Shown: positions 12,801 through 22,594 of the stretch, piece by piece | How the letters are laid out: the number at the start of each line of letters is the position of its first letter | Numbering within the stretch: position 1 is the stretch's first letter | Assembly: GCA_905178155.1 (NCBI GenBank) | Contig: CAJINV010000002.1 | Span: forward strand, 12,099,621 to 12,163,620 | Reading direction: 5' to 3' | DNA length: 64,000 nucleotides | DNA from: Amoebophrya sp. A120 | Lineage: Eukaryota; Protista; Dinoflagellata | Translations under genes and position numbers: made by a program | The notes under the pieces: generated by a model | Database searches by the model: none | The model's input: the letters and a program-made list of their open reading frames with translations, nothing else | What the model was told of the DNA's origin: nothing

Positions 12801-15800
12801 CTTCCAGATGCGCGTGGACTCGTCGTCCAAGTTTAAGGGTGCTAAATTCGCGATCGTGGCGACCTCCTGAAACGTGTCCGGTTGCAGCAGAAAGCCCTCG
12901 TCGCGATCGCGGATGATGAGCCGCACGGGCGGGAGCGGGTTGTTCGGGTCCGGTTCCAGCTGCAAATGCCCGTTCACGTTCCCGACGCGCTTCCGGTAGC
13001 CTTCGCCCGAGGCGCTGTAGGACGGCGGAATGTACACTTCGTAGGGGATCACGACGCGCTGCACGTACGTGGGGTTCAGGGACTGCGGCACTTTGATGGA
13101 CACGGCCTCCTTATTTTGCACCTGCACGATCCAGGTCGGATCGCACAGCCCGTTCTCGTCCATCGCGGGCAGGTCACGCCCGCACAACACGTCCACGTGG
13201 CAGTACACCGTGTACATGTCGCTCAGCATCTTGCGCTTGTACGAAACCTCGCTTCCGAAGGATCCCACCGGGATCTCCTTCAGTGCGGGTCCACAAAACC
13301 GGTTACCCGTCGGCATCAACGTTTTCGGCAACATCTCAATCCTGTCCGGCTTGCGCTTCTTACTGCGGACCGTGTGGCGCGGCAGGTGGCCCTCCGTTGA
13401 TCCCTCGGCCCCGCCCGCCGCTTTCTCCGCCGTCGGATCCAACAGCTCGATGTCCACAGGCGCGATCGCGGTGCCCTGCTTCGCGTGACCGTTGTCGTTA
13501 CTTCCGTTCTTTGCCTTCACCAGGTCCTCCTCTTCCAAATCTTCGATTTCGTCCATCGCGTCTTTGTCGATGTCCTCGTCTAATTTGGCGCTACACAGCA
13601 ACCTCCCCACCACCCCGGTCTCGTAAATCGCGGTGTCCGGTGGCGTGAGCACGCTCATGTCCCACCGCAGCCTCTCCCACTTCGGCCGGGCGCGCTCCTG
13701 CTGCAGACGAACCTTGTCCCGCTCCACTTCCCGCAGCTGCCACTTCTCGTGGGCCGTCAACTCAACCGTCTGCCCGGCTACCGAGGTTCTCTGCTCCGAC
13801 CCCATGGTGGCCGCCTGCACTTTCAGTGGGTCGGAGCTGGGATCCATCAGGTTCATGAGGCCAAAAACCTTTGGCGGGTTTGCCGCCGGGTTGTCTGTTT
13901 CCCGGTTCAGCTGGTCCAATTCGTCGTCTAAAAACAGGTACATGTAACACTTGTCCACGCCGGGCAGCAGGTAGAACGGCGGACTCCGCCGCTCCACGTA
14001 GAATAGCGGCCGGGTCGGGTCATCCTCCTCGTCATACTCCTCCGGGTTCGAGGGCCCGCACAAGCCCAGGCAGGTCCGGCGCTGCCGCGCCAGGCGCCGC
14101 TCCTCGTCGCCGACCAGGAAGTTCAGCATGCCGCCCTCCTCGATTTCTCCGGGGAAGCACAGGATGTTGGGATTCAGGGGTTTGATCGGATTCAGATTCG
14201 GGTCCTGCTGCCGGGTGTACTTCGGCAGCTTGTCCAGCTCCTTCTGCGTCATGCGCACCGGCAGCCCACCCGAGGGCACGTGGATGAGGATTTTGCACTT
14301 GCGCGGGGGCTCGCCCTGCTCCGGCGCGAACTCCGTCAAGTACAGGCCACGGTACATCTTGACGACCAGCTGCGCCTTCGCGTAGCTCCGCAAGCGGGGC
14401 AGGTGCGGCGGCCACAGGTTTGCGCTGGCCTTGGCCTTGGTGGAGAAGTGCACACAGAGGGAGCCGCGGTAGGTGGAGGCGGGGCCGACCGAACCGCCCT
14501 TGATCATCGCCAGCGAGATGTCCTCGTTGGTGGCGTGCAGGGCTCCACCCTCGAAGTGCAACCAGTTGTTCACCCCCGGTTTCAGGTTGTAAATGGTCAT
14601 CTCGCCCAGCAGCTTCTCGTCGCCACCGAACAGGCTCGCGTCTCCGTCCAACAGCTCGATCTTTGCGCGGGTGTTCCCAATTTTCGTGCGGATGCGGACC
14701 GCGTCGCCCCAGATCACGCGGCGTCGCTGACACTGGAACGGCTTGGAGATCACCTTGGGCCCGTCCATGGAGATGCGCACGAAGGGGTCGCACCCCCACT
14801 GGGGATCCAAAGGACCCGGTGCAGAAGAAAACATGCCGGGCTTGTCAATCTGCGGGAAGAAATCTCCGTACAGGTGCACGAAATACTCCACCGGTTTCTC
14901 GCGGTCTCCAAGCGGAGGTGCGCCTTCGTTGCAGTTGAATTTTGATGGAAGCCGAAGCATCATGCCTCGCACGCACTGAGATTGAAGGAGTTCCCTTCAC
15001 TTCTACATCGAGCAACAAATCTCGTCCTAAGTAGAGATGACGAGACATCACATCTGGAAATTAGTGTTATAGTCCTGAAGCTTAGCAATTGAATCATAAG
15101 GACCTGCACGAATCTGCAGATCTTCCACGCTGGCGATGGGCGGAAGTTTGTGTCGCTCGCTTTCGAAGATGTCAAGTTCGATCAGAGCCTTGCCCGCGTT
15201 GACACCTATGGCGTCCTTGAGCTGGATCCAGCAGTGCAGCGGCGCGCCGGACTGGGAGACCGTGTCGACCAGGGACGAAAAGGGTTCCTCCCACACCCCG
15301 CGTACAAACTTACTGCCGTCGGGTTGCAGTTCCTGCAGCGTGAAGGATATGACGTGCTGGAGCATGTCAGCGCGGTTCATGGTCTGCGCCCAGTTTACCT
15401 CCCACCCGTCGACGCCACCGTCGTCCCACCCGGCTTCGCGCTCCGCCGTTTTAATGATGATTTCTGGACTTGCACGCACCTGCGCACCGGCGCCGGCTGC
15501 CACCGATTCGTCCCCGTCGTCGTCGTCTTGCGCTTCAGCCTTCGCTTCCTCGGCCAGGGCGGCCTTCTGGATGTCCACCAGGCCGACCACCATCACGAGC
15601 TGATTTTAGTTTCGAGGTTGAGATCAGATCTCTTCCGTGGAAGTAGCCCGTCTTCGTTTGCTCTCGCTCGCAGATTTGTTTCTCTTTTGCGCCAAATCGC
15701 GAGCGAATGCGAAAAGATGTAAAAATGGAAGAGAATAGCGCCACCAGGAAAGTCCAAACCAACTGCTAAGATTTTTCATATTGCAAAGATTTCATGAAGA

Positions 15801-16924
15801 TGAACTTCAAACGTAGAGGCCTTCCTCCAGAATTTTCTTCGCGTTTTCAAATACTAACTATACCCGATCTTCCTTTTTTGCATACTTCTTCATGCGGAAC
15901 CGGCGTAGGTCGATGGAGACGTTCAAATCCTTTGGCTGCAGGTCGATGTCGTCCATGTCGCCGATTTGCACCAGGTCCAGGGCGTGCTTCAGCGTGTTCG
16001 TGACTTGGTACAAAACGGTGATGGTGGACGCGGGCTTCGTGCGCGAAAAAAACCCGACGGTGGGCACACCCGCCAGCTTCAGGGTCTCGCGCTTCACAGC
16101 GGCCTCCGCCTGGGGGATGATCAAGGAGGTGACGCCCAGCAGCGTGTCGACCCCGAACGATTCGTGGTACACCCGAATCATGCAGTTCATGTGCACGCCA
16201 ATCTCGATCTGGGTTTCCCACACGTCCTCCCACACCGGGGACGTGGATTTTTTCATCGTGATCGACTGGAAGGAGAGCTCCTGGGTCCCGCCGCCCATGG
16301 TGACATGCACGTACGGGTCGCAGTTCCCGAACCGGTCGGTGGCGAGCTTGGAGGCTGAGTGGAAGCAAATCCGCAGGTAGTGCTTCTTGTTGCTTTTCGC
16401 TCCTAGAGCGCGCGCCTCGCCCGCGCCAATCTCCTTCAGCTCGGCAAGTGGGTCGTTGGCCGGGCCGCTGCAGGAGGCAAACATGTATTGCAAGGAAAAA
16501 TCCCCCCTCCCCATATCGGAACGAAATTTCTGATGCTGGATTTGTGAGGCGTGAGGCGTGATGCTGGATTTGTGTACACAAATCAGCTTTGTATTGCAGG
16601 AAGGCATTGCGGCCAGATCCCCAGGCTAGGTAGGGGCGTATGGGTCTAGTTGCTCAGCATGGCAAACGGCTCCCCCTTAAGCCCAACAGCATGACAAATC
16701 GCGTCCGTCCATAATGGGGCGGAAGCTTCTGCCCTTGTCGTCTTGCAAGACACATGTGATTTGTGACCTCAAATCAGCAACACAAAATTTCGGACACATA
16801 GCTTTTCAATATGGGGAGGGGGGATTTTTCATTTTGATAACATGTCCAGCGGATTCATCCCACCGAGGGGGTTTACCCCACCGCCCGTGGCCGCAGCCAT
16901 CATCATCTGCTGCTGCATATTCAT
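3888..16924 (-). CDS. Ferlin-family multi-C2-domain tail-anchored membrane protein (about 11 exons)
   Basis: C2 motifs: ASKLATDRFGNCDPYV, DFFPQID...CDPFV, VDVLCGRDLPAMDENGLCDP, HVYVLTARNL...NPYL...TNPDFYESF...VGQVDIDIEDRW, FEIRVTVWN...KETDCH...GTFNWRW; C-terminal TM FLLLAVAVFGLLFFL. Inferred exons: 16924-16840, 16480-15864, 15599-~15052, ~14975-11726, 8626-7912, 7501-7318, 7157-6501, 6363-5770, 5586-~5285, ~5106-4502, 4258-3888. Joins are in frame; two boundaries (marked ~) are ambiguous. Confidence 0.88.
5107..5284 (-). other. Ferlin intron with short terminal inverted repeat, possibly non-canonical (CT..AG)
   Basis: Ends cttgagtc-gaagtc / gacttc-tt-gactcaag are inverted. Removing exactly this segment gives in-frame GSKV|FSYY. 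A nearby in-frame GT-AG alternative also exists. Confidence 0.45.
7163..7317. mobile_element. Introner/MITE-like non-canonical intron, family A copy 1
   Basis: TIR tatgcattgcaaaagtatc / gatacttttgcacaggata; flanks ccgct/acgct (5-bp TSD, 1 mismatch); removal restores KKER|ERKSK in ferlin. Confidence 0.88.
7507..7911. mobile_element. Introner/MITE-like non-canonical intron, family C
   Basis: About 39-bp TIR tatggcgttctcaactgttacattctcaactgttacatg; perfect TSD atccg (7502-7506, 7912-7916); removal restores RLSR|MMRAF. Confidence 0.92.
8627..11725 (-). other. 3099-bp canonical GT-AG intron of ferlin hosting a nested same-strand gene
   Basis: Donor ACAG|GTATCC at 11725 and acceptor TTCAG|GT at 8627, both phase 1, join ATATG|LREENGQIVVAQDEK. 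N-terminal C2 domains lie upstream; later C2 domains and the TM lie downstream. Confidence 0.75.
9216..11114 (-). CDS. Nucleotide-sugar transporter (SLC35/GONST, GDP-mannose transporter-like), intronless, nested in ferlin intron
   Basis: Multi-TM protein with motifs CSSSMVLINK..FPYP, ALRHVSVPLFVVVRN, ISAASFQVGNVANKV; first ATG at 11114; long low-complexity insertion after TM2. Confidence 0.85.
   Translation of the reverse strand: MSKVPAPPAIDIPGEEGEDFDDPPSMDSSSSSTAVRYLGPASPPSAPAMDKTWILVLFVLYGACSSSMVLINKSVALNFPYPWTMLFLQAIGTVLIPIVFGRCRWFERVFGERVDVCRKPGVSSTSSNAQATSTKATGKDGTRAATATRNKASSTSHKYNYSNVAPGDEDPASSASGVETSTVPGTSAVRKVVPLEPLPAKLGKNAETSTTTAGASSEVTSTSGASLSLQDVVLEPAGRPLGHQADANASLRQVVNNESHSGNTTQQEHDGRTDDQMQTEDLIGSFEDGEDGQIDEVQTEDLRRPMELAGIQLPRTPKGQALLLGEAMFIAVLLWSSFLALRHVSVPLFVVVRNSIPAQTAFVEYFVSPEVKLSRVAVLGLLLTFVGALVYTAAENDLFRNYRQTEREAPGRSARSENSVSGGTSASHDPVKSSPRGLLEEVQKSPMGVWYAIFHSMVAAACTTFDKTGVRYLKEHENISPLRNNQARFFVALPILFLFLWNVEVFAQVDAKGRPTTDISATPASFQPNLHYIDCLFALFTPGENTKMLVFLLLSILMGFSMGTINFNLQAVISAASFQVGNVANKVVVILASRITHPDAVSLGSWCGLCISFLGVSVWTFAEQIKQKFFVG
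16486..16839. mobile_element. Introner/MITE-like non-canonical intron, family D
   Basis: TAT...ATA ends; inverted repeat gaaaaatcccccctccccatat / atatggggaggggggatttttc; perfect TSD acatg (16481-16485, 16840-16844); removal restores NPLDM|FASCSG. Confidence 0.92.
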
Positions 16925-18002
16925 CTTGTAAAAGTCGTCCCCTGCTCGTCGCTCAGCGATAGTGGGAGCTGACTCGGCGAGAAGGTTGTACGAAAGTCGG
17001 TCGCAACTGCGGCGACCGGCTCACAGCCGTTGGGAGAAGCGAGGAGGCGACAAACTACAGCTAGTACCCCCCCCCGTTGAATTTATACTTTCGTGGTCCC
17101 GCAACTGCGCCGCCTTAGCGCGACGAGCCTGAGCTGGTGGCTGTTTTCTTGACTGTGTCACACATAGAAATATACTTACCTCGCGGCCACTGTGACGAAA
17201 AGCAAGCGGATAGGTCGTGGACGACTGCTCTTCCGTGAAAACAATTACTGAAGAGCTACGTCACTACAGAAATTTCGTCCACAACATATTAGTTGCCTGA
17301 TAGAAGGGGGGGCATCCTAGTGCGACCACGTCATAGCTAAAGGTACAGTCGGAAAAGAAAGTTAGTACCATTTGGAGCACAAGGCAAAGGCACCCTGTAG
17401 CACGTCGACAGACGTAGAAAGAAGAAAAACAAAAGACATTTATAATCTCGAGCTGCCTGCTCCGGCACTCGCATATTGACATCGGATTTGCAACGCGGCT
17501 CTCTCTCACTTCATCTTGATCTTCTGGCTCGCTCCTGTTTCTCTAGCTCCTCTAGTACTTGGTAGAGCCGCGGCAAGCCTTAGCCATTAGCCTCCGACGG
17601 GACGCGCATAGACCAATCAACAACAAAATAAAGTCACTCCATGTTGTATTCATCAGGTGCAAGGCACCATTCTCAAAAGCGGAGATTATAGAACTGAAGT
17701 CCAAGAACAGCAATGACTTTCGTTTGTTCAGAAAGTATGCTCGAGAAGGCCGAAGGGGATTATGCTCGGGACCGTGCGATGTCAGAACCATGTGGGCAAA
17801 CAAAAGCCAACCACAGTCTTTTACATTATCCTTATCCGCAATAATCATGTGAGTTTTCATGTGTCGCTTCCGTGTTTTTATTGGGCTCATCGCCACCAAG
17901 TCGCTATGTATACCATGATTCCGTACCCGTACTCGTCCAGCAAAATACGCTGGAAGCATACATAGAGCAGCGAACAGGTCCAAAAAGTAGGAAAAACAAT
18001 CT

Positions 18003-21000
18003 TTATCTGTGGTAGTGTTCTCCGATAGTGTAACTGGTGTACTTCTTGCTGAGGTTGGTCTTCGGGGGTGCCTTGCCGCCAAACTTCTGCTTGGTGGCAA
18101 TTTCGCGGCGCTGGATGGCTTCTTTCCTTGCCTTCTTCGCGGCCCGCTCCACCTCCTCGGGGTCCTCCTCCAGACCTTTCAGGCGCCGCATGTACCCACA
18201 GGAACAGATCTTTCGCCCGCACTGCGGACAGTGCTCGCCCTGGAGAATGTCGGTGGCCTTGTCGCGGGTATCCACTTCATCGATGTCGTAATCCAGCACG
18301 GTTCTGTTGTTCCGGTAGGCGCGCGTGTACACCAGATCCTCCTCGCTCTTCGGCTGAAACTGCTGCAGCACCTGCTGCGGGTTCTGCTCGTGCAGCGGAA
18401 CCACGCCCTCGGGCTGGACGGCCTGTTTGTTTTTGAAAATTCAAGTTTTGGCAATTCGGCCTAGTGATTTTTTTTTCCAGCAAGCGGCATAGAATTACAA
18501 AGTTCGTTGGAAAGGGCTTCTGAGATAACGATGAAGACTGGTCATCTACTTCTACATCTACATTCACGGAGGTGGTAGAAAATAAAATGATATGATGTGA
18601 AAATAGCCTCAAGGTTTAGTTTCTATACGTGTCCTTTCTCGTCCAAGGTGATGCCCTCGGCAGCCAGGATCATCTTGGTGACGGGGTTCAGCTTACTGCG
18701 CTCCGCGCCCTGTGCGTACTCTAGCGCTTGCGCGAACCCGTCGTGCACGGGGTAGGGGTTCATCACGGGCTGCGGCATACTGGTGTCCTCGATGCGCGCC
18801 CGGCGCTCGAGCTCCGTCTTCACGCGTTGCTTTCCCTTGAAGCCCATCTCCTTGATGTTACCGTCGCGCATCAACCGAATGCCGCGGTCCCAGAAGCCCT
18901 GTTTGTCGTCGGCGGCGATGGCGTCCGTGGCGAAGGAGGATTCGTCCTTCTTCTGCCTTGTCAGCGTTTTGCGGAGGGAGAAGAGGATCCCGCGCTTGGA
19001 AAAGTCCGTGTTGTAGTAAATGACGATCTTCCCGGACTTGAGCCCAACGAAGAGCTGTCGCAGAGGTTCTGGCGGCCCCTTCTTCGATTTTTGCAGGATG
19101 TCCTGCAGAAAGGACTGGTCAATCTCGCCCGCTTCCGCGTTGGCCGCCAGCTGCGCCAAGTGGTCTTTCACGGCCTGCTCCTTCTTCTTTCGAAGCTTTC
19201 TCTTCAATTTCTTTGCTTCCTGCGCAGCCTTTCTCTGGCGCTCGACCTGCTCGTAGTCGGGCAGCTCGAAGCGGCCAAATTGCTCTGACATCATTTCCAG
19301 CATCTTCTCTGCTTCGTCTTCTTCCGGGTCCTCGTCCTTGTTTTTTGGCTGCCCGCCATCGTCCTCCTCCACGTCGTCGGAAAAATCTTCGTCGTCTTGA
19401 CCCATGTGGTCTTCATCTTTTGTGGCCTTATTGGCGCCACTGCTGCTGCTGCTCGCCGCTCCTGCTCCGGCGGGGTCCTTTTTGCCGCCCACGCCGAAGG
19501 AAAATGGCAGCAGCTTGTCCTTCTTCGCTCTCCGCTCCGCGAGCTGCTCTAAGTCGATCTCTTTGTTCGCGTTGTTTTTCACCATCGGGTACGCGATTCG
19601 CACCACGGCTTCCTCGAAGTACAAGATCTGCAGCCGCTCGTAGGGTGGGTGCAGCGAGAAGACCTGCACCGTGTTTTGCATTCCAGACGTGCAGGTCGCT
19701 ACCATCTGCTTTGTGCGCTCGTAGTCTTCCGGATTGCGAAAATCGGTTATGATTTGCATGTTGCCGCGGTCCGCCTGGTCATCGGAGGGGAGGTTGTCCC
19801 ACACATGAATGGGCTTCAGGTTGGGACCCACGACGTGGGAAGCGTTCCACAGCTTCATGGTCCCGTCGCGACTTCGCGACAAAATTTTCCCGTCGAAGAA
19901 AACCACATTCACGATGGCGTCTTTGTGCGCCTCGCGGGCAATCAGCGGCTTGCGGTCCTTTTTGTCCAGAAAAAAGAGTTGCAGGCTCCCATCGTTGCAG
20001 CCGGCGAGCAGCTTCTTGCACGCGACTGGGTCCACGGCAAAGCTCTTCGGGTAGACGCCCTGGGGGCCACCGACGAAACAGTTGCGGTAATTCAGAACCT
20101 GTATTGATGTTGAGGATGTTGATGCTGAAGCAGTAGATCCTTGCAAAAGTAGGGCGACGACGTAGCAGGTGTTCGTGGAGCGCATGAATCGAATTGATGT
20201 AGCAGCGAGTTTCAATAAGCGCAAATATCGACGAGCGATGACAAACCCACGACCTTTCAATAAAACACGCACACGTTAGTATGCAAAAAAGTACTATACT
20301 ATGGTATACCTTAAACAGCGTTTCGTGCCCCAATTCCTGGTCGAGCCCGATCTTCCGCCCGGTGACATTCCAGATGCGGATCGTGCCGTCGATGCTGCTG
20401 CTGAGAAACCGCTCGGGGTCGTCCGGGTGCCACGCGCAATCGGTGATCAGAGTCGTGTGTCCCTTGGTGTTGGCCGGGTCGAGCAGGGCGTAGTCGCCCT
20501 TGTTGGTGGTAAAAAGCGGCGCCCCGACCTCGATTCGGTCCAGCGTGAACGCCGAACCGCGCTCCTCCATTTCGCGGCCGTAGACGCGCAGCTTGGCGTC
20601 GCCAACCGCGACGAGCAGCATCCCGTCGCCGATGTGCTGGATGTCGGAGCAGTGGCAGGGGCAGTCCTCCTTGGGCGTCGCGTTGCGGTAGGGCTCGAAC
20701 TCGCGGTCGGTCCCGTTAAAGTCGAACCAGTAGATGTGTCCGTCCATGTCCGCGGTCACCATGTTGGCGCCCGACTTGTCGAAACTGAAGGCCATGCAGG
20801 ACTTCTTGTGCCGGTTCGTGATCTCCCACGAGGTGTTGAACAGGTGTGTGGTGCGCTGCTTCTCCTCTTCCTGCTCTGGCCGGGGGCCGTAGTCGCCGGA
20901 AGAAGATTCGGAATCGGAGTCATTGTTATTATCCTCTTTTGCGGTGCTGGTAGTCGCGCTCATCTTTACGTCTTGGTCTTGTCCGGGTGGAGCTACGTTG

Positions 21001-21608
21001 TTCACGATCTTTCCCACCTTTTTGTCCCTGTTCTTCTGGTGCTCCGCCTCTATCTGCTCCAGTTTCGAGTTGGCTCCAAAGAGTATATCATTCACCTTAG
21101 CCGCCGCCGTCGTTGCCTGGAACTCTTGACGAGCCGCTCGGTGGTCAGATATGTCGGTACCGCCATAGGCAAAGTTTCGACCACCCGGTACGCCGCCGGC
21201 TTTCGCGGTGCCGCCATTCGCGCTTGTGTCGCCAGTTGCAGTGCCTACTTGCTGCCCGCGTGTGGCGCCGCGCCGCTGCTGGTTCTGCGAGTTGTGCTTC
21301 AGCAGATTGAAGCCGCCGCCGTTGGGGCGCCCGCCGGTGTTTGGCTTGCTCGGCTGGAGTTTCGGCGGACCCATGATAAATGTTGCAGGTCCGCTTCTTT
21401 GGGCGGGAGCGAAAGCGGGTTGCGTGACCGGGGCTGAGGAAGACGAAGATGCAGCATTGTGCTGCCCGTTCAGCAGGGGCGCCGAGGAGGACGAAGATGA
21501 AGTCGCCGGGGTACTGAGTGCGGGCGCTGCCGGTTTGGGGGCGGGCGGGGGGGCTTGCGCGACATCATCGTCAGACGATAAGTCGCCAAAACCGAGGTCA
21601 TCTGCCAT
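18003..21608 (-). CDS. WDR70: WD40-repeat protein, WDR70/GAD-1-like (3 exons)
   Basis: HKK...FDKSGANMVT...WFDFNG, KGDYALLDPANTKGHTTLITDCAWHP, ILSRSRDGTMKLWN, C-terminal CPQCGRKICSCGYM. GT-AG introns 20099-20309 and 18423-18628 join in frame. Confidence 0.82.
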
Positions 21609-22594
21609 GATTCTGCGTTGTCTATCTAAAACGTCGGAGCAAGTACAATTCTAGGAAACCTCAAAGGGTACAATGTGATGAGTTTTTCTTGTTGGGGGGG
21701 CGAACATCTACCAGAGCTGCTAGACTAGCACAATCAATGGGCACTGTGGTCCTGGAGCTGGGGGTCATTTCAAAGTGAAGTTCAATTTCCGAAGATGAGA
21801 TCTTAATACGGAAACTGAAAAAAGCTGCAGAATTGTCCACCAAGGGACAAAAAAGTCGTTTACGTTTTCGAACATTGTAAAACATGAGTCGTGAAAATGA
21901 AATAGAAGTCGGCGGATCCATTTGCATGATAGAACGAAGAAACCTCAGATTTTGATTTTCATGTTGATTAAACAATTTCCCCTCGCTACGGTTTTGATCT
22001 ACTTGACGTATAGATTCTTGCTGCAGCATGTGCTTGTGCATCCTGTCTCTTTCATTTTTCGGATTCGTGGTGTGCGCTTAAACATTTTGATGTTCGTCGA
22101 GGTAAGTGGTACGCCACATCGTCACATTGACTCATAGCAGAGAATTGTAGTGAGATCCACAGCAGCGACAGGAGAGGCAGACAGAATATCTGAAAAAACT
22201 CCAACTCACGAAACTTCTGTGAAATGACTCACATTGTGCTCTTGCGATGGCTACTTGACCTACTGCAAGCACAGCAGAAAGGCTCGAGGGTCAGGAAATG
22301 CATCGCGAAGGGAAGCAGATGAAAATGTCTTTTTTTGTTTATCCGAGGGCAGTGCTGTAACTCGTACAGATACGAAGGAGATCCAGGATCTAGAGGATTT
22401 CCTTTTGGCAATGTAGGATTTGGAGGACTAGGAGTTCACTCGTTCACCCATTCTGCGACGCACCAGACTTATTAAGCGCGGCCGTTGTGCAGGTTCGGTT
22501 GTCCGTCCTTGGGCTAAAGCATTGACCTCCAGGCGGATGGAGCTATCTTCGTGCTTGTTGCCCTTGTGCTGATGCGGTTTATTCTCCGCACTAG

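Noticed and set aside
11514-14972. Treating the ferlin N-half as an independent gene ending at 11514
   Set aside because: The tail after 11726 reads like intron sequence, there is no TM anchor, and an in-frame GT-AG join to the C-half exists. Retained only as an alternative model.
20099-20309. Intron starting GTAT and ending ATACAG as another TAT...ATA element
   Set aside because: It is a canonical GT-AG intron with no extended TIR, no 5-bp TSD in register and no GCATNACAA motif seen.
11748-21437. Long plus-strand ORFs (e.g. 11748..12836, 20301..21437)
   Set aside because: Antisense shadows of high-GC3 minus-strand exons; no domains recognised.
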